From the IMG/VR virus record IMGVR_UViG_3300033121_001507, positions 4,038-68,037 of that record: a stretch of 64,000 bases of DNA. One strand, written 5' to 3'. How positions within the stretch are numbered: the first letter of the stretch is position 1; each line of letters starts with the position of its first letter. The stretch is from a virus. Taxonomy: Duplodnaviria > Caudoviricetes. Shown here piece after piece: positions 45,353-55,670 of this stretch. The notes below the pieces were generated by a model. That model was given only the letters and a program-made list of their open reading frames with translations, did no database searches and was not told the DNA's origin. A program made the translations under genes and the position numbers.

Positions 45353-48300
45353 TATCCTCTCCTTCGAGCATTGAGAGAAAGCATGTCCTTAAAGATCCTC
45401 TGCATCTGTCTAGGCATATTATCGATTGAAGCCTTAACCGCCTGAGTATCAGTGCGAAGATCCTTAATGGACTGATTCGTGCTGTTCTGCTGATTAGCCA
45501 AATCCCTATTCTCCATGATGGACAGCACTCGCTCACCAGGAGTCAGCATCGCAGGAACAGTGTCCGTTCCAATTGGATTGAATGAGGGAAGAGAACTTCC
45601 ACCACCAGCCCATCTCTGCGGAACAGTTCCTCCCTGAGAAAACCCATAGGGATCCTTGTAGTTGGGCATCTGAGGAGGATCAGGCCAGTCAGACCACGGA
45701 GCAGGAACTTCAAGGTCCATGCCCTGAACCTGATCTTCCAAACCACCCGTTCCGACAAACGCTTTAATCAGCTCATCAAGCTTACTAATGAGCTGATCAA
45801 ACATCTGTGTGAGATCCTTCGCGAAGGTCAATTTGCTCAGATCTGAAAGTTTCTTGCCATTCTCGTCGGTGAGCATACCAGCATCAAGCATGGCCTGAAC
45901 GATTGGCTGCATTCCAGCAGGAAGTTCAGTCCCGTACTTCAATGCCTGTTTAACCAAATCTGCGACTTTTTCACCCATTCCGCCAGCAGTGAGTGTGTAT
46001 TCTCCAGTCTTGTCTTTCATCAACCCGAGGATTACATTGACATCCGCACCCGCCGCAGTAAGAGTATTCCAGTCGGCAACGATCTGGTTACTTGCTTCCG
46101 TAATCTGGAGAGCTTTGACTTTCGGGCCAAGTTCGTCAAGTTTCAGCCCATAACGACCAGCAGCCTCGGTGATATCAGACAACGACGGCATCGTGTCTTC
46201 CTTCAACCCAAGCATCTGTCGGGCTACATCCTCAGTAACCAAGCCCATTCTGATAAACTTCTCAAGAACAGGCTGCATCGCCACAGGGATCTGTGTGCCG
46301 CTAGTAAGGGCTGACTGCAAAAAGTCGTTAAGAGAATCCTTTGAAGACGTAATCGCGTCGTCGGACTGAGAGAACTGCAAGAACAGATTCTCAATTGCGA
46401 CCGGAACCTGTTCTCCGGCCAGCATAGCACTCTTCGCAAGATCAACCAAAGAGTTACTCATCTTCACGATGACTTTTGAAGGATCAGCCCCAAACTGCAT
46501 GAGGCTAGTCCAGTCATCAAGCAATCCTGTTGTGGTCTCAGACAGACTCAGCTTCTGGAAATCCTCTCCGAGGTCAAGTAAGGTGAGACCATACTTCTCC
46601 ATCGCTTCAGTGGCAGTTGTCCACCGAGCAATCTGATCAGTCAGTGAGGCAGTAATGACCTTAGATCCATACGCTGTAGATGTAGAGATCTGGTTGTAGA
46701 TCGTCTCAAGATTAGTTCCAAAGCGAGACATGACTGTGTTGAATAGTTCCGTGGAACCAACACTCTCCTGAAGAGACGTAACAGTCTTCTTCGCTTCGGT
46801 CCTTGCAGCTTCCAGAGCCTTCTTTGCGTTAGACCCTGCCTTGAACAATCCAGTCAAGCCACCAATGACCCCTCCAACTGCGGCACCCCAAGGTCCAGCA
46901 ATTTGAGCACCAGCAGCCATCCCTGTAGCCGCTCCACTCAACGCATTTGCTGTCTTGTTTGAGTAATTGGTCGCTTGATCAAGAGCACCAACAGCAGTGA
47001 TCAGACCGGAAGCCATTCGAGCCAAACCGGTGATGGTCTTCTCGGTATTAATTCCAATCTGTTGTTGACCTTCCTTGAACTGTTTTCCTGCCTCGGTGGC
47101 AACATCAAGGTTACCGATGATGCTACCAGTAATCTTCATTAAACCACCCAAAGGACCAGCACTATCGGACAGCTTATCAATAGCAGTATGAAGCTGTTTG
47201 ATTCCCTTGGAGAAGCTCAGAGTCTTTTCTTCGGCTTCTTCAATATCGGACCGGTACTGTGCCAGAGTCTCTCCAACCAATCCAACGGTGTTGCCAAACA
47301 GATCTTTGATCTCAACACCAATCGTTGCAGGAAGACCCTTCCACAACCCCTCGGTAGCATAAGCCGTTGACACCCACTTCTGGTTGTAACGATCCCATTC
47401 TTCTGACAACATCCCAATAGCTTTCACCCCCTCGATGGGTGTGAGCTTTGCATCTTTCTGGAACAACAAGAATGCCTGATCTCCCACACGCACTTGATCA
47501 AGCAGGGTGCGTGTAGAGAAAGCGTTCATTCTTGACTGAGTTTCTTTCAGAGCTGAAATATTCTCCTGCTGTTGGAGGTAGAGAGCCTTTAGATTGGACG
47601 GAAGTTTTTCAACCTCAACACCCAACTCTTCCAGCTTATCTACTACTCTACCAATGATGACAGGGGACTTCTGCATAGTAGAGTCAAGTCCACCATACAC
47701 AAGACTCAGCTTGGAATATTCTTCAGCAAGGTTCTTTCCTACAATCTCCTCGCGAAGGGATTCGAGTTCCTTATTGAGTTTCTTTTGAGCGTCGGTAGCC
47801 GCACCAACCTCTCCTTGATATTCCGCAAGAGCATCCTTGGCACCAGGAAGACCAGAACCACCAATCACTCCCAAAGCTTCATTCGTACCAACAACACTCA
47901 ACTGAAGTTTGGTAAGTTCTGCATCTACTGGTTTCGCGGCCTCCCCAACACTAATCAAAGCAGGAGCTACTTTAGGATTCGGACCCTGCCAACTGTTCAT
48001 TTCAAGGACTTTATCCCACAGAGAGGAAAGCTTGTCCTTGACCCATCCGATGGTTTTATTCAGGACTTCCCAAGCAGTAGCCACTCCAGGAATAAGAAGA
48101 AGAGCTTCTCCTACTTTCTTACCTACACCGATGAGGGTAAGAAAAATGTTGTAGGCCCCATCAAGAAGATCCTTTAGGGCACCCCACACAGCCTTAGCTT
48201 TTTCAACGATCCCAAGCGAGTCAACGAAGCGACCAATCCACGAGGATACTGCGTTGTAGAGTTCCTTGAACTTGTTAGTTACTGTCTCCACAACATTGAG

Positions 48301-50010
48301 AGATTCCCACCACTTGGAGATAGCTTGCCAGTTCGAGGAGAAGATATCTCCAATCTTACCAATGACTCCAGCAAAGAAGTTCCATACAGCATTTCCAAGA
48401 ATCTGAGCAACCGAGGACACTACGGTAAAGAAGAAATCAGCGTAGCGCCAGACCTTTGAAAAAGCTGTAGAAAGACCTTCAATCCATCCCTGAAACACAG
48501 GCCACACCTTAGCGGCAATCGCCAAAGTGACCTTCTTGATGGGTTCCCAGAAATACCAAACTGCCGCCCCCAATGCGGCAAATCCGGCAATAAGCCAACC
48601 CACAGGACTCATGATGGCGAGCAGAATGGCAAGGAAGCTATCACCACAAGCAACTCCTGCCAAAATGGTCACTACCACGTCGGAAATCACACCGGAAACC
48701 AAGGCAAAACCACCAAGAATGAGCTTTCCAACGGTCATGAAAGCTGTCCCGATGGCTCCCACGGCGGAGATGGTCTGACCGATGATGATCAGTACTGGAG
48801 ACAGAACGGCGATGCTAACAGCAATCCCTACAATCCAAGACTTCGTGGATTGGTCAAGTTCTCCAAACTTCTTGATGAGACCCTCAACTTTAGTGACCAG
48901 TGGATCAATGTCCTTCATCACGTCTCTAAACGTGGTGGACAAATGATTACCAATCTCGATTGCAGCCACCTGGATACGAGCTTTCAACTGATCCCAAGTG
49001 AAAGCCTGAGTAGTTGCCGCAATCTCGGCTGATTCAGCAAATCTTCCTTCGGCCTTAGAGAGATCATCGAGAACCTTCAAGTAAGTCTCTTCTTGTCCTG
49101 TCGTGCCAATGACGTTTCGAAGTGCCTGAATACGCCCGAACACGGCTGCAAGACCCTCATGGTTCTCACCAAACTTCTTGGTGAGAGACGTCAAGGTCGC
49201 AGCGAGACCGTTATTCTTGATAGAATCTCGAAGGTCACTCAGAGTCAATCCGAGGGAAGCGAGTGCTTGCCGCTGCTTTGCAGTAGGCTTCTGCATCGCG
49301 GTCAACACACCACTCAGGGTCACAACAGCATCAGCAGCCGGAGCTCCCAGTTTGGTAAATGTTGCGATGTTGGCACCAACTTCCTCGAAGGAAACACCGA
49401 GCATAGATGCCATAGGAACAACGTCGGCAAGGCGGGGAGCAAGTTCCTTTGCTTCCGCACCACCCAACCGGATTGTTTCCAACAGCACGTCGGCGGCATG
49501 AGCAGCAGAGATGTTAGCAGGTCCGTAAGAGTTCAACGTAGCGGTCAAGGCACGGGCGACAGAGTTCGTGTCACCAAGTCCGATCATTGTGCCTTTGGCT
49601 GCTACTTCAAGAACCTCCATCGCGATCTTGGTGTCTCCCATTGTCGAGGAGACCGTATACATACCTTCGGCAAGAGCTTGAGGTCCAACGCCGGTAGCTG
49701 GTGCAAGTTCAAGAACCTTCTTACGAACACCTTCCAGTTCGTCTTTGGTAACACCAGCGAGGCTTACCCACCGGGTTGATACTTGCTCAAAGTCCTTCGA
49801 GGCGGTCCACGTAGCCGCCCCGAAGGATGTGATAGCCGCAGAGATGGGCAGCAGGTCAACCCCAAGTCGGGTAACATTTCGACCAATCTTCTCAAAAGAG
49901 TCGGAAGCTTCATACACCTTTGTCATCGCTTTCGACATAGATGCAGTGAAGTTATCCTCCAGTTCGAGGTAAGTGGTCAGTGACCCGAGTGCGAGGTCAA
50001 GTGCGCTCAT
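45352..50010 (-). CDS. tape measure protein
   Basis: 1552 aa, helical and Ala-rich, TP901-like core, follows the tail chaperones. Confidence 0.92.
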   Translation of the reverse strand: MSALDLALGSLTTYLELEDNFTASMSKAMTKVYEASDSFEKIGRNVTRLGVDLLPISAAITSFGAATWTASKDFEQVSTRWVSLAGVTKDELEGVRKKVLELAPATGVGPQALAEGMYTVSSTMGDTKIAMEVLEVAAKGTMIGLGDTNSVARALTATLNSYGPANISAAHAADVLLETIRLGGAEAKELAPRLADVVPMASMLGVSFEEVGANIATFTKLGAPAADAVVTLSGVLTAMQKPTAKQRQALASLGLTLSDLRDSIKNNGLAATLTSLTKKFGENHEGLAAVFGRIQALRNVIGTTGQEETYLKVLDDLSKAEGRFAESAEIAATTQAFTWDQLKARIQVAAIEIGNHLSTTFRDVMKDIDPLVTKVEGLIKKFGELDQSTKSWIVGIAVSIAVLSPVLIIIGQTISAVGAIGTAFMTVGKLILGGFALVSGVISDVVVTILAGVACGDSFLAILLAIMSPVGWLIAGFAALGAAVWYFWEPIKKVTLAIAAKVWPVFQGWIEGLSTAFSKVWRYADFFFTVVSSVAQILGNAVWNFFAGVIGKIGDIFSSNWQAISKWWESLNVVETVTNKFKELYNAVSSWIGRFVDSLGIVEKAKAVWGALKDLLDGAYNIFLTLIGVGKKVGEALLLIPGVATAWEVLNKTIGWVKDKLSSLWDKVLEMNSWQGPNPKVAPALISVGEAAKPVDAELTKLQLSVVGTNEALGVIGGSGLPGAKDALAEYQGEVGAATDAQKKLNKELESLREEIVGKNLAEEYSKLSLVYGGLDSTMQKSPVIIGRVVDKLEELGVEVEKLPSNLKALYLQQQENISALKETQSRMNAFSTRTLLDQVRVGDQAFLLFQKDAKLTPIEGVKAIGMLSEEWDRYNQKWVSTAYATEGLWKGLPATIGVEIKDLFGNTVGLVGETLAQYRSDIEEAEEKTLSFSKGIKQLHTAIDKLSDSAGPLGGLMKITGSIIGNLDVATEAGKQFKEGQQQIGINTEKTITGLARMASGLITAVGALDQATNYSNKTANALSGAATGMAAGAQIAGPWGAAVGGVIGGLTGLFKAGSNAKKALEAARTEAKKTVTSLQESVGSTELFNTVMSRFGTNLETIYNQISTSTAYGSKVITASLTDQIARWTTATEAMEKYGLTLLDLGEDFQKLSLSETTTGLLDDWTSLMQFGADPSKVIVKMSNSLVDLAKSAMLAGEQVPVAIENLFLQFSQSDDAITSSKDSLNDFLQSALTSGTQIPVAMQPVLEKFIRMGLVTEDVARQMLGLKEDTMPSLSDITEAAGRYGLKLDELGPKVKALQITEASNQIVADWNTLTAAGADVNVILGLMKDKTGEYTLTAGGMGEKVADLVKQALKYGTELPAGMQPIVQAMLDAGMLTDENGKKLSDLSKLTFAKDLTQMFDQLISKLDELIKAFVGTGGLEDQVQGMDLEVPAPWSDWPDPPQMPNYKDPYGFSQGGTVPQRWAGGGSSLPSFNPIGTDTVPAMLTPGERVLSIMENRDLANQQNSTNQSIKDLRTDTQAVKASIDNMPRQMQRIFKDMLSLNARRRG

Positions 50011-50345
50011 TTAGCCTCCGCAAACATAGCAGCATACATCTGAGCGATCATCTTCTGCTCTTGCCAAGTCTGCTTTTTGGCGTTTTCTCTTGACTTGAGC
50101 ATACAATCTTCCAGTGTAACTGCCTTTGTTTTCTTTGGGTCTCTATTCAAGTTGATAAGAGTCTGCACGATGTGTGCAAAGTTCATATCAGCACGAACTT
50201 GCCCAAAGGGTTCGAGCTTGAAGTATTCATACCATTCAATCAGTTCTTCGTAAGAAATCTCACGAAGCATCCGACGAACACTGACATATCCAAGCTCGAT
50301 GGCCAGCTGATGAGCGAAGCGCCGAGTCGGGCTTCGCTTTAGTCG
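50007..50345 (-). CDS. tail assembly chaperone GT extension (-1 frameshift product)
   Basis: Open -1 frame from the slippery site reads RLKRSPTRRFAHQLAIELGY...ELIEWYEYFKLEPFG. Confidence 0.8.
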   Translation of the reverse strand, partial: RLKRSPTRRFAHQLAIELGYVSVRRMLREISYEELIEWYEYFKLEPFGQVRADMNFAHIVQTLINLNRDPKKTKAVTLEDCMLKSRENAKKQTWQEQKMIAQMYAAMFAEAK

Positions 50346-50680
50346 TTTCCCAGTTTCTTCGCGGCTTCCTTGGACAAGCCGTTGAGTTCCAGGATCTTAG
50401 TGACCACTTTGTTGATGGTCCCAGAGTCCTTCTTGCCCAAGGCAGTCAGCATCTTATCGCTACCGATGCGATTGCCTTCTCCATCAACGATACTCTTGAC
50501 AATCAGACGAAGACCAGCGGTTTTCTTCGCCGGGCCTTCATTCGCTTCCACGAAGTCAAGCATGTCGTTCGCAGAGATCGTGCCAATACGCAGAGTGCCA
50601 CCCCACGCCTCAACTTCATCATACTGGACGTCGGGAGCTGCTTCGATCTCTTCAATGGAAAGATACTTCTTTTCAGCCAC
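50339..50680 (-). CDS. tail assembly chaperone (gpG-like)
   Basis: Between the tail tube and TMP genes; ends in the slippery G GGA AAC. Confidence 0.85.
   Translation of the reverse strand: MAEKKYLSIEEIEAAPDVQYDEVEAWGGTLRIGTISANDMLDFVEANEGPAKKTAGLRLIVKSIVDGEGNRIGSDKMLTALGKKDSGTINKVVTKILELNGLSKEAAKKLGND
50345..50351 (-). other. programmed -1 ribosomal frameshift site GGGAAAC
   Basis: X XXY YYZ heptamer at the end of gpG; shifted frame joins ORF 50007-50270. Confidence 0.8.
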
Positions 50681-50700
50681 TGTCCTTCTCCTTCAGAGAA

Positions 50701-50722
50701 GGCGGGTGCCGAAGCACCCGCC
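50701..50722 (-). terminator. hairpin after the tail tube gene (partial terminator or stabiliser)
   Basis: GGCGGGTGC-TTCG-GCACCCGCC with a weak U tract. Confidence 0.55.
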
Positions 50723-50743
50723 CATTGACCAACCGACCAACCA

Positions 50744-51148
50744 TTACGGAGTGAACGTCGTTCCGCCCGTGGGACGAATCGTGACATCCGCAGTCAGTTC
50801 ACCATCCACGGGAGCCTTGGGAGCGAAGTTGGTGAGATAACCGGAGAACAGCCACGTTGCTCCGTCGGGGAACTGAAGGGTGTAGGCATCACGAGTGCCA
50901 TCGATGTAAGCCTTCAGGAGACCAGACACTTTTCCGTGGGTAGCTTCCCCAGAGAGAAGCATGTTGATGGTGAACGAGAGCTCACCCTTACGCCGAATGC
51001 CAATGACGTAACCATCGTCACTGTCATTCTGAGGCGTAACCTCGAAGGAGTTTCGTGTCAACGCCGGAGGCGTGATGTCACGAATTTCGCCAACTGCGGT
51101 TCCATTCCGCAGGACGAGTGTGCCGTGTGCTGAGATAGCGTTGCTCAT
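50744..51148 (-). CDS. major tail (tube) protein
   Basis: GEIRDITPPALTR, GELSFTIN, FPDGATWLFSGY, ADVTIRPTG. Confidence 0.88.
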   Translation of the reverse strand: MSNAISAHGTLVLRNGTAVGEIRDITPPALTRNSFEVTPQNDSDDGYVIGIRRKGELSFTINMLLSGEATHGKVSGLLKAYIDGTRDAYTLQFPDGATWLFSGYLTNFAPKAPVDGELTADVTIRPTGGTTFTP

Positions 51149-51156
51149 CAGAGCTC

Positions 51157-51561
51157 CTATGCTGAGCGAATGTTGCAGTGAATGTTGAACGCCACTTTAG
51201 GACGTCCAGTTTCGTCCGCTCCGAGGTCAAACGGTTCCTGGATGGGAACAATCCTCAGAAAATACACTCCGCTCAAAAGTGTATTGCGAACTTCAGAGAG
51301 AGCATTGTACGCATTTCTTGCCATCGTCATTGCCGCCAGATAAGTCTTTGCACGGCATACAACCTGAAATGTAGGATTTCGAATTCCAGGTCGCACGCCG
51401 TTGTGGGTGAACTGAGGAGCTGATCCCCCTGTGTCCAGGATTGACAAGTAAGGCCCATCTCCAGAAGGAAGAGTAACTTTCAACCCAATGAAGATAGACT
51501 GAGCTTGCACACCCACCGATTTTGACTCAAGGTAAGCTGCAACTGCTTCGGAGTCAAGCAT
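51157..51561 (-). CDS. tail terminator
   Basis: PTFQVVCRA, AYNAL, PFDLGADETGRPKVAFN; synteny. Confidence 0.75.
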   Translation of the reverse strand: MLDSEAVAAYLESKSVGVQAQSIFIGLKVTLPSGDGPYLSILDTGGSAPQFTHNGVRPGIRNPTFQVVCRAKTYLAAMTMARNAYNALSEVRNTLLSGVYFLRIVPIQEPFDLGADETGRPKVAFNIHCNIRSA

Positions 51562-51562
51562 G

Positions 51563-51940
51563 TCATCCTCCTGCGTTCACACGGCGGAGAATTCGCCGGA
51601 GCATGTAAGGCTTTGACTCATTCAAAACAGACTCCAAGAACTTAGCTTGCCCGTGAGGATGATGAACTTCGAGATTCTCATGGACATACACCGCATAGTC
51701 CACTTCCTCGTTCCCAAACGTAATCGCCACAGCAATCCGTTTAGGATTTCTATCAACCACCACAACACGGCCAGACTTTTTCAGAGCCTTCGTATCCCAA
51801 GGAGTGCGCTTCTTCGCTTCTCGAAGTTCGATTCTAGCTTCTGCGACAATTGCCTTGACAACTTCCTTTGGGCGAGTCTTCGCAACAGAACGAAGTCTAG
51901 CCGAAATAGAAGCGTCTGCAACAGTCCGCATAACCAGCAT
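51563..51940 (-). CDS. HK97 gp10-like neck protein
   Basis: TPWDTKALKKSG, YAVYVHE, GQAKFLE. Confidence 0.8.
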   Translation of the reverse strand: MLVMRTVADASISARLRSVAKTRPKEVVKAIVAEARIELREAKKRTPWDTKALKKSGRVVVVDRNPKRIAVAITFGNEEVDYAVYVHENLEVHHPHGQAKFLESVLNESKPYMLRRILRRVNAGG

Positions 51941-53079
51941 TACAGATCTCCAAGAACATCCAAATACCTACGACCGATGTTTCTCCAGTTGTAGGCTGGA
52001 GAGGACGCGCATTCCAAGGCTTTGTTTGCGTAGTTTTTCAGACAGTCGGGACGCTCATACGCAAAGTTCAAAAAGCGAATAGCTTGCTCTTTATTTGGAA
52101 GACCACCGATTGCATTGATTCCGTTAGGGGTGCAAGCAAAATGGTCACAATCCACAGAAAAAGCATGCTCAGAAAACAGATCTCCAAGAGCAGCCCACTT
52201 AGGAAGAATCTGAGGAACACCACAAGCCATTCCTTCCAGTGTCGTAAGACCAAACCCTTCCCCCTGAGTGGTAGTCATCATCACATCGAAAGCGTTATAC
52301 GTGTGGCGGAGATGCTCCTCGGGAGCACCACTTCCAAGAGGAGGAATACACTGGATGAGCCTCTTCTGAAGCCCATAATACTTCATCAGCTGAGGAATAT
52401 CACAGGACTCTTCCCCGGTTGGTGAAGCATGGAGATAGAGATAGGCGTCCCTCACAGGTGACGTAGACTTTACCCATTCGGCAAAATACATCACCATCAG
52501 ATCAAGGCGCTTTCTCGGCTGATTGCGATTGATGTTCCCTACAATGAACTTGTCGTGAAGTTTCTCTGGAAGCCCCAACATCTGACGTGCTGCGATTCTA
52601 TCCTCGGGGTAGTAGATACTACGATCCACTCCGAGAGGAATCACGGCTGCTGGTTTGGTGTATCCACCCTCTCGTGCTTCATTACGACCGAATTCTGTCC
52701 AGAAGATGGCCAGATCGAGCTCGTTAAGAGCCGTGCCCCGGCAGTTCTTACCATCAACAGCCACGATCCCCACAACCTTAGTATCGGTTCCACGAACAAC
52801 CTTGTTGAGATACTCAGGAAAGTTCCAGGGATCGTTCTGAATGACGATTACGTCGTATTCCTTGGATTTGGTGAAATCCGTAACACGGTTCACCCCAAAC
52901 AGATCTCCACCGGGCCAGCAAGGATAGATCTTGTAAGGATAATCATGTGGATCCCCTTGGTAGTTCAACCCAAGAACATCCACTTCGTAGTGCTTGTGAA
53001 GAGTATCAAGGATGTAATGGGTTGCACGAGCGAACCCACTTGATACTACTGCGTCTCCGATCCAAAGCATTTTCCTCAT
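51940..53079 (-). CDS. GT-B glycosyltransferase (GT4-like)
   Basis: SGFAR, NRNQPRKR, EGFGLTTLEGMACGVP. Confidence 0.9.
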   Translation of the reverse strand: MRKMLWIGDAVVSSGFARATHYILDTLHKHYEVDVLGLNYQGDPHDYPYKIYPCWPGGDLFGVNRVTDFTKSKEYDVIVIQNDPWNFPEYLNKVVRGTDTKVVGIVAVDGKNCRGTALNELDLAIFWTEFGRNEAREGGYTKPAAVIPLGVDRSIYYPEDRIAARQMLGLPEKLHDKFIVGNINRNQPRKRLDLMVMYFAEWVKSTSPVRDAYLYLHASPTGEESCDIPQLMKYYGLQKRLIQCIPPLGSGAPEEHLRHTYNAFDVMMTTTQGEGFGLTTLEGMACGVPQILPKWAALGDLFSEHAFSVDCDHFACTPNGINAIGGLPNKEQAIRFLNFAYERPDCLKNYANKALECASSPAYNWRNIGRRYLDVLGDL

Positions 53080-53088
53080 ACAGGCTCC

Positions 53089-53772
53089 TTATGGATGGTA
53101 TACACGCTGGTGGGAATCAAGCCACAGCGAGAAACCATGTTCTCTGATGCTTTTTCCAAGCCCCCTTACACAGTCCAATGGACCGAAACGAGCAACACGG
53201 GCCACCCGATTGCTCATGACAATGCAAGAACCGGCCGAATCAAGAGTAACAAACCTTTCACCGTTCAGAGCAGGGTGATAAGGCCGGTATGGATCAAACT
53301 GAACACCGTCTTTAACGTGACCCCAGATGTCATAGAAACGATTGCTTGGTGTCATGCTCATTGGAGCTACAGCATCCAAGCCACGTTCCAGAACATCTTC
53401 GAGAAGCTCAATCATCGTAGCAGCAGACCAAACGAGATCCGACTCTACGTAGATGAAAGCATCTTCGTCTGTCACCTGAGTAATTGTACCGTTAGAGCAC
53501 CAAGACAGAGCTTTCCATCGCTCAGGGACATCTACACTCCCCCAAGCAGGACCACCATGCTGTCTCTTGATGAGTTTGCCATCGAAGTCTCCGTCGATGA
53601 AATACTTAGCAAGAGAATTCCAGGTGTTGTCCGAGCTATCCCCTTCTACGAGGTAGAGGGAAAGCCCAATGCCTTTAGGATCGAAAACACTCCTCATCTC
53701 CTCAATCTGCGTGAAATACCGATCGAGGTAGGACGTAGAGTTTCTAAAGATGCTTCCAACAGCGATTCTCAT
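53089..53772 (-). CDS. GT-A glycosyltransferase
   Basis: VGSIFRN, EGDSSDNT, YVESDLVW, SAGSCIVM. Confidence 0.75.
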   Translation of the reverse strand: MRIAVGSIFRNSTSYLDRYFTQIEEMRSVFDPKGIGLSLYLVEGDSSDNTWNSLAKYFIDGDFDGKLIKRQHGGPAWGSVDVPERWKALSWCSNGTITQVTDEDAFIYVESDLVWSAATMIELLEDVLERGLDAVAPMSMTPSNRFYDIWGHVKDGVQFDPYRPYHPALNGERFVTLDSAGSCIVMSNRVARVARFGPLDCVRGLGKSIREHGFSLWLDSHQRVYHP

Positions 53773-54437
53773 TCGAACAACCTTGTCCAAATGACATAGG
53801 CTTCAAATGCGTTATAGAAGCTCATCGAAGACCTACCTGCTTTATAACTGATAGGAACTTCTTTGATCCTCAAGCCACGGTCTGCCGCAATCTTCAGAAT
53901 TTCGATCTGACGAGCATGCATCTTTGCTCTGTAATCGACACATGCGATATCCTGCAAAGCTTGTCGAGTATAGCATCGATACCCGCTTGTCCAATCGGTT
54001 CCAATGTGCCCAATCAAAGCACAGTTACAGAGATGAGCAGCCCATCTGCTGAGGGTCTTTCTCCAGGGTCTTCCCTCGTAGACTGATTCAGGAAGGAATC
54101 GGCTACCCACTACGAGGTCGGTAGTATCATCCATAGCATCAAGAATCGTTTTAAGATCCCTGACAGAATGAGACCCGCCAGCGTCAAGAGTAACCACTCT
54201 ATCAGCTCCCGAATCAAGAGCGAAACCCCAAGCAATAACCTGTCCGAGAGCGATACTGGCAATTCCAACATCGTAAGCTTCAGCTCCTGCTTCCTTAGCC
54301 TTGTAAAGAGTGTCATCGGAGCTACGTGCATCCGTTACTACGACCTTCTGGACAAGCCCAGAGTTCAACAGGTCTTTGACCAAACTGCCGATTGAAGATT
54401 CTTCATTACGAGTAGTAATGCAAGCCACGGTCTTCAT
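53769..54437 (-). CDS. GT2 glycosyltransferase (polyprenol-phosphate glycosyl synthase-like)
   Basis: TRNEESSI, DARSSDDT, LDAGGSH, LVVGSRF, DWTSGYRCY, EVPISY. Confidence 0.85.
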   Translation of the reverse strand: MKTVACITTRNEESSIGSLVKDLLNSGLVQKVVVTDARSSDDTLYKAKEAGAEAYDVGIASIALGQVIAWGFALDSGADRVVTLDAGGSHSVRDLKTILDAMDDTTDLVVGSRFLPESVYEGRPWRKTLSRWAAHLCNCALIGHIGTDWTSGYRCYTRQALQDIACVDYRAKMHARQIEILKIAADRGLRIKEVPISYKAGRSSMSFYNAFEAYVIWTRLFE

Positions 54438-54832
54438 CGGATGAACCACCCAAGGTTAACGGCGTAGTAGTAAGGATGATCCGTTGTCGGGTCACCCAAT
54501 CCATCAACACTCAAGATCGGACCAGTTGTGCCATCGGGAAGAACGAGTTTATCCCTTGTATCCAAAGGCTCAATTCTACCCGCCGCCCCATTTTCCTCGA
54601 ACGGTTCCAAAAAATAGATGATCGCTCTCACGAGCTGAAGTTGCCCACTACCACTTGGAAACTGCTTGGTCTTATACTCGACGATCGCTTTCCGTGTGAC
54701 AGCGGTCCCATAGGTCATCGCGCCTTCTACATCCGAGGAAACCCAAGGATAGTGAACAACATCACACTGAGCAGACTGTGTGAGTTTGTTCGCTACCTTT
54801 AGGCCCGTTTGGATGAGCTTAGCGATGTTCAT
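54434..54832 (-). CDS. head closure protein
   Basis: Synteny after the adaptor; beta-rich. Confidence 0.65.
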   Translation of the reverse strand: MNIAKLIQTGLKVANKLTQSAQCDVVHYPWVSSDVEGAMTYGTAVTRKAIVEYKTKQFPSGSGQLQLVRAIIYFLEPFEENGAAGRIEPLDTRDKLVLPDGTTGPILSVDGLGDPTTDHPYYYAVNLGWFIR

Positions 54833-55338
54833 TAGAATGCCTTGAATGGGATCACGGTTGAACTCTTAGCAATCCACGACTCAGGAAGAAGATCAATCAC
54901 TGCATCAGGAAGTGCCTTTCTAACCACAGCTTCCTTGAATTTCAGCTCAACCGGCCCTGCTTTCAACTGAGTCAGCCCATTGGCTTCAACATCGTTGTCA
55001 AGGGACCGATCTTCCGTAAGAAGCTGCCTAGCAAACTCCGCAGTCGCATCTTTAAGCGCCTGTGGAATAATAGTGCTAGAAATTCCATAACCGTTTCGGG
55101 TCAACATCCCTGAACGCGGCCACGCCAATGCTTGAGTCTCTCCAGAAGCTGCTCCCGTCCAAGTCACGAGAGAGTCAAGCAATCGCGTCGCCATGACCAG
55201 AGCACGCTCCTTATCCCCGTCACTAACTGTCCATGCATCGGCGTGAAGACGAGCTTCGTGGTAAGCATCAGCTTCCGCACGAGTCGCATAGCTATTAGCG
55301 TCCGAAGCACCGGCAGTTGCGACGAGGATAAGGGCCAT
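54832..55338 (-). CDS. head-tail adaptor (DnaT-like family)
   Basis: ANSYAT..EADAY, ALVMATRLLD, QALAWPR, LKAGPVELKF. Confidence 0.8.
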   Translation of the reverse strand: MALILVATAGASDANSYATRAEADAYHEARLHADAWTVSDGDKERALVMATRLLDSLVTWTGAASGETQALAWPRSGMLTRNGYGISSTIIPQALKDATAEFARQLLTEDRSLDNDVEANGLTQLKAGPVELKFKEAVVRKALPDAVIDLLPESWIAKSSTVIPFKAF

Positions 55339-55347
55339 GATGAACCT

Positions 55348-55608
55348 CTACACGACCGTGATCTGATCCTTCCAGGCTTTCACCTGATTGGGAGTCAGCT
55401 CAAGCTGAGTTCCGGGTGCCACACGAATGTATTTTCCACTCGCATCCCGATACCCGAACTTCGCACTGTTCATGACACAGGTGATAGTAGTCTTGGAGGG
55501 CTTCTCGGCTTCTTTCTTCGCAGCTTCGACTTTCACTTTGTCGGCTGCGAGGGCTGCCTGAGCCGCTGCAAGCTGTTCATCACTGACCGAAGGAGTTTTC
55601 TCAGCCAT
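55348..55608 (-). CDS. small head-associated hypothetical protein
   Basis: Directly after the capsid gene. Confidence 0.65.
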   Translation of the reverse strand: MAEKTPSVSDEQLAAAQAALAADKVKVEAAKKEAEKPSKTTITCVMNSAKFGYRDASGKYIRVAPGTQLELTPNQVKAWKDQITVV

Positions 55609-55670
55609 TGCAGTATCCTAGGGTTGGCCGTTGTTACGCTCTCATCCACGAGGGAACCAACCCGGAAAAC

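Noticed and set aside
53769-54437. GtrABC-type O-antigen conversion
   Set aside because: No flippase or polytopic membrane transferase nearby; the GT2 lacks C-terminal TM helices
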